DNA of 64,000 nucleotides from an uncultured Sutterella sp. (GTDB lineage Bacteria; Pseudomonadota; Gammaproteobacteria; Burkholderiales; Burkholderiaceae_F): NCBI GenBank assembly GCA_900544345.1, contig UQUR01000002.1, positions 47,160 to 111,159 of the forward strand, read 5' to 3'. Shown piece by piece: positions 41,090 to 50,126 of this stretch (position 1 is its first letter; each line of letters starts with the position of its first letter). The notes under the pieces were generated by a model. It saw only the letters and a program-made list of their open reading frames with translations, ran no database searches and was not told where the DNA came from. The position numbers and the translations under genes were made by a program.

Positions 41090-41896
41090 ATGCGAATTGC
41101 TGCCTGTCAAATGGTATCTGGCACCAATATTGAAGCCAACATTCATACTGCGCGAGCATTGATTGATTCGGCTGCCCAAAGTGGTGCAGAGTTAATTGTG
41201 CTGCCGGAATACTTTTCGTTGATGCCCAGTAACAGCCAAGAACTTCTTGCAGCAGCTGAAAAGTACGGTAACGGTCCTATACAAAAAGCGATGAGTCAAG
41301 CAGCCAAAGAGAACCAAACTTGGCTCGTGGCAGGTACCATTCCATTGAAGGCAGATGACGATCAACACTTTATTGATGCTTGTCTTGTCTATAACCCCAA
41401 CGGAGAAGTAGAAGCCCGATACGACAAAATTCACCTTTTTCAATTCGAGCGAGGTGAAGAAAGCTATCATGAAGGCCGGGTCACACAAGCCGGTAAAGAA
41501 GTGAAATCTGTCAATATTGAAACCTGGGAAGGTATTTGGAAAGTCGGACTTTCCGTTTGCTTTGATCTGCGTTTCCCTGAATTGTTTAGACAACTAGGTA
41601 CTCCTGACATCATTACTTTGCCTGCGGCTTTCACAACCTTTACCGGACGAGCCCACTGGGACACACTTTTGCGTGCCCGCGCCATTGAAAATCAGTGTTA
41701 TGTTTTAGCCTGTGCTCAGGGCGGACTGCATGAAAGCGGACGCCAAACCTGGGGACATAGTATTTTGATTGATCCTTGGGGCGTAACAGTTGCCGAACTC
41801 ACTCAAGGCGAGGGGGTTTTGCTGGCAGAAGTCTATGAAAGTCGAATTAAACAAGCCCGGGAAATTTTGCCAGCGCTCAAAAGTCGAACAATTTAA
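41090..41896 (+). CDS. Carbon-nitrogen hydrolase family protein (nitrilase superfamily; omega-amidase/YafV-like)
   Basis: Catalytic E-K-C triad context (LIVLPEYF, ...VGLSVCFDLRFPELF) in a 268-aa protein. Confidence 0.85.
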   Translation: MRIAACQMVSGTNIEANIHTARALIDSAAQSGAELIVLPEYFSLMPSNSQELLAAAEKYGNGPIQKAMSQAAKENQTWLVAGTIPLKADDDQHFIDACLVYNPNGEVEARYDKIHLFQFERGEESYHEGRVTQAGKEVKSVNIETWEGIWKVGLSVCFDLRFPELFRQLGTPDIITLPAAFTTFTGRAHWDTLLRARAIENQCYVLACAQGGLHESGRQTWGHSILIDPWGVTVAELTQGEGVLLAEVYESRIKQAREILPALKSRTI

Positions 41897-42011
41897 AGGC
41901 CGTTCGATGCAAAAACGATGCTATTAGGTTACGAACGTGTGTAATTTGCATTATTATCTGTACTTGTAACTATTTTGATTGACGGACAGGATAATCCGTT
42001 AGCGTTAAGGG

Positions 42012-42626
42012 GTGCAAACCTTGTTTCGATTAATGACTCCCATTGTGTTGCTTACACGCCTGTTGGTCGGCGCCTATCCTCAGTGGATTGGCAGTTCTCC
42101 TTCGGATAAGCAACGAATTTATTTTGCCAATCACACGAGCCACTTGGATACGATCGTAATCTGGTCGTCTCTACCTAAGGACATGCGCTCTCATACCCGC
42201 CCTGTTGCAGCTAAAGACTACTGGATTAAAGGAGCAATCCGCCGTCGCATTGCAATTGAAGAGCTAAATGTTGTTTTAGTGGATCGACGCCGCTCAGAGC
42301 ACGCAGATCCGCTCGAACCTTTACGAGACTGTCTCAGAGAAGGCTCTTCAATGATTATCTTCCCAGAAGGAACCAGACGGCCTCAAGCTATTCCGAGTGA
42401 ATTTAAAAGCGGCATCTGGCGCCTAGCACGAGAGTTCCCCAATGTTGAGCTGATCCCGGTTTATATTGAAAACCTCTACCGGGCAATGCCAAAAGGTGCG
42501 TTGATTCCGGTGCCTACCGTCTGCTCCATCCGTTTCGGAGCCCCTCTGCCCTTTAGCCCTGAGGATCCGAAGGATGTGTTTCTCGCTCGCGCGCGTGAAG
42601 CAGTAATTAAACTTTCGGAGGCATAA
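42012..42626 (+). CDS. Lysophospholipid acyltransferase (PlsC family, 1-acyl-sn-glycerol-3-phosphate acyltransferase-like)
   Basis: HxxxxD motif (NHTSHLD) and FPEGTR motif. Confidence 0.75.
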   Translation: MQTLFRLMTPIVLLTRLLVGAYPQWIGSSPSDKQRIYFANHTSHLDTIVIWSSLPKDMRSHTRPVAAKDYWIKGAIRRRIAIEELNVVLVDRRRSEHADPLEPLRDCLREGSSMIIFPEGTRRPQAIPSEFKSGIWRLAREFPNVELIPVYIENLYRAMPKGALIPVPTVCSIRFGAPLPFSPEDPKDVFLARAREAVIKLSEA

Positions 42627-42627
42627 G

Positions 42628-43584
42628 ATGCGCTTAGGAATTACATTACAAGAAACCTATACGCTTGTGCTTGTTGTATTGGTGCTTTTAGCCGCTTTCG
42701 GCACAAGCTACTGTCAATGGGCCATCCGAAAAGCAACAGAGCCAGAACAAATTGAGCGTATTCGGGTAGTCAACTCCCGAGTAAAAATGGGTTGGTGGCT
42801 CATTATCATCTTTACGTTGGCTTTTTGGGCCGGACAAAACGTCCTCTTGATTGTTTTTGCTCTGGTTAGCTTTTTTACATTCAGAGAGTTTGTCGCCTTA
42901 ACGCCGATAAAAGTATCAGACCATTGGGCTTTGGTTGTCTCTTTTTATATTGTCATTCCGCTACAGTACGTCCTCATCGGCTTAGACCGCTATTGGCTCT
43001 TTACTGTTTTTATTCCGGTCTACCTCTTTTTGCTCTTACCCGTTTTGATGTCACTGAGACCTGACAATGACCGATTCCTCGAGCGTGTAGCTAAGATCCA
43101 ATGGGGTGTGATGCTGAGCGTTTACTGTATCAGCCACGCTCCGGCACTGATGAATTTTGACATTACGCGTTTTGGCTCAAGCCCGTCGCTGCTTCTGCTC
43201 TTTTACCTCTTGATCGTCTTCTTGGGTGACCTCTTTGTCGTGATGGCAAGCTCCTACTTTGGCGGCAAGACCTTAAGAGACAATCCGCATAAGACCATTA
43301 AAGGCACATTAATCGGCGGAGCGATTACTATTTTGGTGGGTTACGCCTTATTCTGGATGACGCCGTTCAGAACGTGGCAGGCGCTCGTCATGGCCTGTGT
43401 CATTGTGGTGACCGGTGCCTTCGGTGATATCGTTATTTCGTCTGTGAAGCGCTCTTTAGGCAGCCGCTTTATGGACGGCGATAAATATATCGGCCGCGGT
43501 AATCTTGAGCGTTTGGCACCGCTCATGTTCTCTGCTCCGATTTATTACCATATTACTCAAGCCTATTTCTCGGCTGGTTGGTAA
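42628..43584 (+). CDS. Phosphatidate cytidylyltransferase-family (CdsA/YnbB-like, CTP_transf_1) integral membrane protein
   Basis: Multi-transmembrane protein with a CDS-family C-terminal signature region (SSVKRSLGSRFMDGDKYIGRGNLERL). It starts 1 nt after the acyltransferase stop. Confidence 0.7.
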   Translation: MRLGITLQETYTLVLVVLVLLAAFGTSYCQWAIRKATEPEQIERIRVVNSRVKMGWWLIIIFTLAFWAGQNVLLIVFALVSFFTFREFVALTPIKVSDHWALVVSFYIVIPLQYVLIGLDRYWLFTVFIPVYLFLLLPVLMSLRPDNDRFLERVAKIQWGVMLSVYCISHAPALMNFDITRFGSSPSLLLLFYLLIVFLGDLFVVMASSYFGGKTLRDNPHKTIKGTLIGGAITILVGYALFWMTPFRTWQALVMACVIVVTGAFGDIVISSVKRSLGSRFMDGDKYIGRGNLERLAPLMFSAPIYYHITQAYFSAGW

Positions 43585-43605
43585 CCAAGAAAACTTTTCA
43601 AATCT

Positions 43606-43634
43606 GGGGCTGATTTTTCAGCCCCGTTTTTTTA
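43606..43634 (+). terminator. Rho-independent terminator (GGGGCtgatttttcaGCCCC followed by GTTTTTTT)
   Basis: Inverted repeat plus T-run, seen directly. Confidence 0.65.
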
Positions 43635-43784
43635 TTAAACATCTTCTGTCCTTTCCTGCCGTAATACACCATTTTTTTACCGAAAAAACAATAACCTGAT
43701 CACTTCTAATCTCAAAAACTTGATCAGAGTCTAGCCTTTTGAGAAAATCATATTTTTTCATCAAATAATTCATTGAGGGATAAA

Positions 43785-46350
43785 ATGGAGATTTCTACCC
43801 CCCCTAAAAATTGCTTCACTTAAGCAAGCTAAAAAAACTTTAGTTGCGGCAGCTTTAATTTCATTGTTTAATTCAGCCTATGCAATAGATAATTTCATTT
43901 ACAGACTGGGAATAGATGGCTATGACAGCGACAAAGACCGAGTTTTAGACTTAAAAACGGACAGTCAGATCCCTAACGAATATCAAAATATTGACATTAG
44001 ACTCTCACCTACCATTGAAAACGATCGGTATACCGTCGCTGTCTCCGGTAAAACACTTACCGTTTATGGCTCTACAAACATCCATCTCTCCGCACAAATG
44101 CCTCCAGACGTAACTGGGGACGGTAAGCCTGATTTTGAGGACGATTCCGGCAGTAATGCTCTGTACGCTGTTAATGATGACTCAGTGATTGACCTCAGAG
44201 GTGATGTATCTATTTCAACATTTCACAATGTCACGCCCGGAACAGAAGGAAGCGAAACGGTCGGCGCTAATGCTGTTTATGCAAAAGAGCGCGCTGAGAT
44301 CTTTTTAGGTAATGAAGGCACTAAAACTTCTATCTTGGCTCTCGCACAAAAACCTGATGCGATATCCGCCAAAAACGGAGGAAAAGTACACCTTCGTTCC
44401 ACAAATAATCAAGTGATCGGCAGCATTGACACTCTATTCTTAGACTTCGGAACTTATGGCTCTTCTGTCAGCGGAACATTCTCAGGCAGCGAATCCTTCT
44501 GGTTTGGTGATGAACAAACCTTTTCCAATATCCAGTCCATTAACATTACGATGGATCTAAAGCCCATCATAAACAAAGACATCATCCTCAATATGACACT
44601 CAACGGTGTGGATGACATTAAAAAACTGCTCACAGGTAATTATTATGGACTGGGAATTGATCAATGGCTCAATTCTGAATATAGCGACCTGATTAAAGGA
44701 TTAATCAACAGTGCTCTTAGTGGATTAGGCGTTTCAGAACAACAAATTAATGAAAAGTTAGACCTAACATTTACTAATGGTGCCCAATGGACATACTTTG
44801 GAGTCAAACAGACTACAGAAGAAAGTCGATCAATAGGTGACGAGCCAATAACAGCAACAGCAACAGCAACATTCACTTCTACCCCAAAACGCATTAGCTC
44901 TATCACGTTAAACGGCGGCATTATCAACCTGTTTGACGAGAATATCCAACAGACCTGGGGAAGCATCATTTATGATGGGAAGAGCCTTTTGGAACTTTGG
45001 CCCGAACTTGCCAAGGTTAACCATGATTATGTCCGAATCGGTGATCTGAAGGGTTCTCAAGGTATCTTCCGATTGGATCTCGATGCTAAGAATAAGCAAA
45101 ACAGCGACATGGTCTTTATTGAGTCTTCAAGCACAGGCGGTCAACACTATATTGAACCCTATAATTTGGAACGCTTAGAGTCTGTTTCGCCGACCAATAC
45201 CCTGACATTTGCTCTGACGCATAAAAATGCGAACCAAGAAGGTAAAGCCGTTACCTTTGCTGACAAAGAAAATTTCTATGGGCAGCACCTTTTTGATTAT
45301 GAACTTGAAATTGACTCCAGAGAAATCCAAAACGCTGAGCAAATCAGTGACATCTCCTACGACAGCTTTAAAGAGGATGGTTGGGAATTCGATCCTCAAG
45401 AGTTTGTCGACGGTAAAGAGTGGTTCATCAAACGCGTGAATTTAATTGAATCTGCCGCCTCTATCGGCATGCGCTCGGCAGGTTACGCTAGCTATGACTT
45501 AGCGACAAGCATGGATCGCCGAGACCGTCGTCTGCAAAATGCTGTTTTCCAAAACGATGAAAAAGACGGTCTTTGGGCTCGTATCCAATACGGCGAAGCC
45601 GGTGCTGAACACCTCTATGACGCAGACCTCACTACAGTCTATGTGGGCTATGAAAAAGCGACTTCTGCAGATAATCGTTTAGGTGTCAGTTTTGCCTATA
45701 CTGACGGCGAATCTGACTTTAGCGATCTCAAGGGCTCCGGAGACTTAAAGCGCTATGAAGCTTCGATTTACGACACTTTAACGTTTGGTTCTCACTATTT
45801 GGACTTCGTAGCCCGTTTCGGTCAGGTTGATAACGAATTCGATGTAACAAACCAAGCCGGCGCTTTATCTACAAGCGGTTCATTTGATCAAAAGTATGCA
45901 GCGCTGTCTGCTGAGTACGGCTACAACTTTAAAGATGAACACAACGTCTTTATTGAACCGCAATTACAGCTTCAAGTGGCCTACCTTGGCGATTATGAGT
46001 ACCGCACCGAACGGAGCATGAAAGTCAAAGCCGATGATGATATGAGCGTCATTGGTCGTATGGGTCTCAGAGTCGGTAAAGCCTTTGAAGCCTCCAACTA
46101 CGCTGCTGAACTTTACGCACGTGCTGACGTCTTACATCAATTCACTGACGGTCAGGATGCCGTGTTTAGCGACGTTAGCCACAAGGTAGACGTCAACTGG
46201 GGCGATAAAGATACTTGGTCAACTTTCGGTGTCGGCGGGTATTTCAACTGGAAAGACAATATGTCCTTACAGATGGATATTGAAAAAACGGCTGGAGGTG
46301 AAACAGCTGATACTTGGGTCGTATCCGGTCGATTCAATTATCTTTTCTAG
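43785..46350 (+). CDS. Autotransporter (type Va) outer-membrane protein. The N-terminal reading frame is broken at a (C)7 homopolymer, so the gene is putatively phase-variable and OFF as sequenced
   Basis: The C-terminal 280 aa or so form an autotransporter beta-domain and end ...WVVSGRFNYLF. An ATG at 43785 with a GAGGGA ribosome-binding site opens a frame that stops after 12 codons. Removing one C from the C7 tract at 43798..43804 fuses it to the long ORF and yields a canonical signal peptide MEISTPLKIASLKQAKKTLVAAALISLFNSAYA|IDNF. The first ATG of the long ORF (43864) lies inside the signal-peptide h-region. Confidence 0.75.
43798..43804 (+). repeat. Poly-C homopolymeric tract (7 C) in the 5' coding region of the autotransporter; candidate slipped-strand phase-variation site
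   Basis: Seen in the sequence: TCTA CCCCCCC TAAAAA. Six or nine Cs restore the frame. Confidence 0.7.
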
Positions 46351-46380
46351 TTCTTCCCAGTTTTAACGTTCTGTGAAACA

Positions 46381-46411
46381 AACGGCAGGCCACAAAAAGT
46401 CTGCCGTTTTC
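46381..46411 (+). terminator. Rho-independent terminator after the autotransporter (ACGGCAGgccacaaaaagtCTGCCGT followed by TTTT)
   Basis: Inverted repeat plus T-run. Confidence 0.6.
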
Positions 46412-46428
46412 ATTCTCATTTTCGTAAG

Positions 46429-47787
46429 CTATTCAGGCTTGCCGGAAACATTCGATAATTCTTTTAATGCCAAACCGATTAATCGATCGGTATGATCAGC
46501 CATGAATAAGGGAATGTTTAGGATATCACCGTCAAGTTTTAAATTATCCAATGAGAACCTGATTCTCAATTTAACCTGCTCACCGAATAACTCTTTAAAT
46601 TTTCTCAAACTCTTACTCTTAATATTTGTTTCCGCTTTTACCTCAATTGGGAAAATATCGTTGTCACGCTGAATCAGAAAGTCTACTTCATACGGAGGAT
46701 TCGTTTGACTCCAATATCTGGGCATCACTTCAAACTGTGTCAGAAGCGTCTGCAAAACAAAATTCTCAGTCAGTGCGCCTTTAAATTCTGTGAATAGTCG
46801 GTTACCTTCCCCAAAAGCTGTAGGAGCCAATTGAGACAAACGGCGCAATAATCCCACATCAACGAGATAAATTTTGAAGGCTGAAAGATCGTCATAGGCA
46901 GATAGAGGTAACCCCGGCGCTGTACTGCGGAATACCTTATGCACCAATCTGGCATCAACCAACCATTGCAATGCGTCTTCATACTCCCTGGCTCTTGCCC
47001 CTTCTTTCACCACTTTGTAGAGAAATTTCTTATTTTCTCTGGCTAACTGCGAAGGAATGGATTTCCAAATCATAGAAATCTTCGGAAATTCTGCGGTCTC
47101 AGGGTGTTTTGCAAAGTCACGTTCATAAGCTTCGATAATGGCCGAAAGTGCTTCCTGCATCGCGTTGACGTCCCGGGCTTGAGTCCACATTAAAACCGAC
47201 TCGGGCATGCCGCCCGTAACGTAATACATTTTGAGTTTTTCTGAGAGCGGATTAAAAAAGGCTTCCGGAATCGGTTCTATAGATTGCACACTTTGCAGAT
47301 ACTCAACAAGGTTTTCATCGCCATTGGCCAATAAAAATTCCGTAAAGCTCATCGGATCAATTTGCATGAAATTGACCTTCCCGACCGGGAAAGACGAGGG
47401 TTTGGCCAAAGAAATACCTAAAAGAGATCCTGCAGAGGCAATGTGATATTGCGGAGCATTTTCACAGAAATACTTGAGCGAATTGATCACTTCGGGGCAG
47501 TCTTGGACTTCATCAAAAATAATCAAAGTTTTTTCAAGTTCAATTCTCTGTCCGCTTGCAAGCATCAAATTTTGCAAAATTCGGTTCTGATCCTTTGTTA
47601 TCTGGAAAAATTGCTTCAGTTCCGGATTTTCGTCAAAGTTAAAGTAAGCAACATTGTCATAAAACTGCCGCCCGAATTCTTTGAGAATCCACGTCTTTCC
47701 AACTTGACGGACTCCTTTCAGAATCAGTGGTTTACGGTATGGTGACTTTTTCCAACTGAGTAACTTATCTAGAATAATTCTCTTCAT
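46429..47787 (-). CDS. AAA+ ATPase (AAA_14-like) fused to a C-terminal DUF4143-type PD-(D/E)xK nuclease-like domain
   Basis: Walker A GVRQVGKTW and Walker B LIIFDEVQ in the N-terminal half. The C-terminus carries a restriction-endonuclease-like motif ...YEVDFLIQRDNDIFPIEVKAE. The gene and its 317-bp upstream spacer have lower GC than their neighbours. Confidence 0.8.
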   Translation of the reverse strand: MKRIILDKLLSWKKSPYRKPLILKGVRQVGKTWILKEFGRQFYDNVAYFNFDENPELKQFFQITKDQNRILQNLMLASGQRIELEKTLIIFDEVQDCPEVINSLKYFCENAPQYHIASAGSLLGISLAKPSSFPVGKVNFMQIDPMSFTEFLLANGDENLVEYLQSVQSIEPIPEAFFNPLSEKLKMYYVTGGMPESVLMWTQARDVNAMQEALSAIIEAYERDFAKHPETAEFPKISMIWKSIPSQLARENKKFLYKVVKEGARAREYEDALQWLVDARLVHKVFRSTAPGLPLSAYDDLSAFKIYLVDVGLLRRLSQLAPTAFGEGNRLFTEFKGALTENFVLQTLLTQFEVMPRYWSQTNPPYEVDFLIQRDNDIFPIEVKAETNIKSKSLRKFKELFGEQVKLRIRFSLDNLKLDGDILNIPLFMADHTDRLIGLALKELSNVSGKPE

Positions 47788-48104
47788 AAACCATCCTCTC
47801 TCTTAACTGTCACTTCAAAATTCTTTTTAGATATTAGACTAAATCACATAATTATTCATAATTTTGTGAATTTAATCACATTTTTATACGATTTTATGTG
47901 AAATCTCAAAAAAAGCATAACTCAAAGCCGATGAATCAAATTTATATCTCTTTAGAGTTACTTATACCTCTTAATAGAGTGATTAATGCCAAAAATCATC
48001 TTATTCTTTGAATTTTTAATACTTTTATTCAATCTAAATCAAACTTTTCACATCATATCAGGCATACACTGGAGAGCATTCTCTCACTTATTTCGGAGTC
48101 CGTT

Positions 48105-49523
48105 ATGTACGATCCCAAATCCAAAGTAGCCTCAGAATTTATCTGTCATGAGGAAATTGAAGAGACTCTGGCTTTTGCCGAAGAGCACAAACACGACCGC
48201 GAATATATTCAAAAAGCTTTGCAAAAAGCCGAAGCCTTTAAGGGGCTGACTCACCGCGAGGCTGCTGTTCTCTTAGCCTGCGAGGAAGAAGACTTAAATC
48301 AGGAAATCTTTGCGACAGCTAAAAAAGTCAAAGAGCATATCTACGGCAACCGCATCGTCCTTTTTGCCCCTCTTTATCTTTCAAATTATTGCGTCAATAC
48401 CTGTACTTACTGCCCGTATCACGCTAAAAACAAACACATCGTCCGCAAAAAGCTCACCCAGGATCAGATCAGACAGGAAGTCATTGCTCTGCAGGATATG
48501 GGACACAAACGGCTTTTACTCGAAGCTGGTGAACATCCGCGCCACAACCCCATTGAATACATTTTAGAGAGCATCAATACGATCTATTCCATCAAACACA
48601 AAAACGGTGCCATTCGCCGCGTCAATATCAACATTGCCGCAACAACCGTAGAAAACTACAGAAAACTGCATGAAGCAGGAATCGGTACGTACCAACTCTT
48701 TCAGGAAACTTATCACAAAGAGCAGTATGAACTTTTACACCCGAAGGGACCCAAGAGTGACTATGCCTACCACACAGAAGCCATGGACCGCGCTATGGAA
48801 GGCGGCATTGACGACGTGGGATTGGGGGTTCTGTTCGGTCTGACCTTGTACCGTTACGATTTCGTCGGTCTTTTGATGCATGCAGAGCACTTGGAAGCTG
48901 TCTGGGGAGTCGGTCCTCACACTATCAGTGTCCCGCGAATCTGTCCGGCCGATGACGTCGATCCGACTACCTTTACCAATGCAGTACCTGATGACCTGTT
49001 CCTCAAAATTGTCGCTCTGATTCGTCTTGCTGTCCCCTACACAGGCATGATCATCTCAACCAGAGAATCGGCTCGCGTCAGGGGAAAATGTCTTGAAATG
49101 GGCGTTTCTCAAATCAGCGGCGGCTCTCGTACAAGTGTAGGCGGCTACGTTTTGGAAGAAGAAAAGGAAGAAAACTCGGCGCAATTTGAAACAAGCGACA
49201 GAAGAACTCTGGATGAAGTCGTCAAATGGCTTTTGGACGGCGGCTATTTACCGAGCTGGTGCACTGCCTGCTATCGTGCGGGCCGGACAGGCGACCGCTT
49301 CATGTCATTGGCTAAGACCGGTGAAATTGCCACCTACTGTCAAGCCAATGCCATTATGACTTTGAAGGAATATGCGCAGGACTACGCAAGACCTGCGACC
49401 CGAGAAGCCGCTCAAAAAGTGATCGACGCTGAAATTCCGAAGATTGTTCACGAAAAAATCCGCAAAGCAAGCGTCATACGCCTGCAGAAAATTGAAGAAG
49501 GTGAACGCGATTTCCGCTTCTAA
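48105..49523 (+). CDS. hydG: [FeFe]-hydrogenase maturase HydG-type radical SAM protein (tyrosine lyase; ThiH paralog with a C-terminal auxiliary cluster motif)
   Basis: 472 aa with the radical-SAM CVNTCTYC motif and a C-terminal CX2CX22C (CTACYRAGRTGDRFMSLAKTGEIATYC). ThiH lacks that C-terminal motif; HydG has it. Confidence 0.75.
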   Translation: MYDPKSKVASEFICHEEIEETLAFAEEHKHDREYIQKALQKAEAFKGLTHREAAVLLACEEEDLNQEIFATAKKVKEHIYGNRIVLFAPLYLSNYCVNTCTYCPYHAKNKHIVRKKLTQDQIRQEVIALQDMGHKRLLLEAGEHPRHNPIEYILESINTIYSIKHKNGAIRRVNINIAATTVENYRKLHEAGIGTYQLFQETYHKEQYELLHPKGPKSDYAYHTEAMDRAMEGGIDDVGLGVLFGLTLYRYDFVGLLMHAEHLEAVWGVGPHTISVPRICPADDVDPTTFTNAVPDDLFLKIVALIRLAVPYTGMIISTRESARVRGKCLEMGVSQISGGSRTSVGGYVLEEEKEENSAQFETSDRRTLDEVVKWLLDGGYLPSWCTACYRAGRTGDRFMSLAKTGEIATYCQANAIMTLKEYAQDYARPATREAAQKVIDAEIPKIVHEKIRKASVIRLQKIEEGERDFRF

Positions 49524-49590
49524 GTAACAAAAAACAAAGGAGAGAATGATTCAACATCAAACTCTCCTTTTTGCTACCGGCTATAAGCTT

Positions 49591-50124
49591 TTAGCGCAGA
49601 CTGTTGCGATTGAGTTCTCGCTGTTGAGACAAAATCATGTGCTTGAGTAAACGCGCTAGCTCCAGCTGATCCTCACGAGAGAGACAGGAAGCAAACTGAC
49701 GCTCGACTTCAACATGTGAATTAACCGCTTCAAGCGTCAAAGCCTTACCCTTTTCGGTTGCCTTGAGAATCACGCCTCTTCGGTCATTTGTATCCTGAAA
49801 ACGTTCGAGCAGTCCCTTTTCTTCAAGCTTTCGAATACGATTCGAAAGGCCGCCCGAAGTAATCAAAATCTTCGTTTGCAAAATTTTGGGAGTAATCACC
49901 GCATCAGGGTTGCGGGTCAAAACAGCCAAAACTTCAAACTCACCGCGCGTAAGGTCAAAGCGAGCCAGATTTTCCGCCACTCGTCTTTCGACGTAGTAAC
50001 TCATTCGAACCAATCTGGCCACTACCGAAATAGGCTCGGTGCTCAGTGTCGGCACCTGAGCTTTCCACTCTTCCTCGAGGGAATCGACGAAATCCTTAAG
50101 ATTTCGGCTGGTATCTTCAGTCAC
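49591..50124 (-). CDS. MarR-family transcriptional regulator
   Basis: Winged HTH (LTRGEFEVLAVL...ITSGGLSNRIRKLEEKGLLERFQDTNDRRGVILKATEKG). Confidence 0.8.
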   Translation of the reverse strand: MTEDTSRNLKDFVDSLEEEWKAQVPTLSTEPISVVARLVRMSYYVERRVAENLARFDLTRGEFEVLAVLTRNPDAVITPKILQTKILITSGGLSNRIRKLEEKGLLERFQDTNDRRGVILKATEKGKALTLEAVNSHVEVERQFASCLSREDQLELARLLKHMILSQQRELNRNSLR

Positions 50125-50126
50125 GG

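Noticed and set aside
44850-44870. (AACAGC)3 hexanucleotide repeat inside the autotransporter passenger, encoding TATATA
   Set aside because: The repeat unit is a multiple of 3 and has only three copies, so it cannot switch the reading frame. It is unlikely to be a phase-variation site, unlike the C7 tract.
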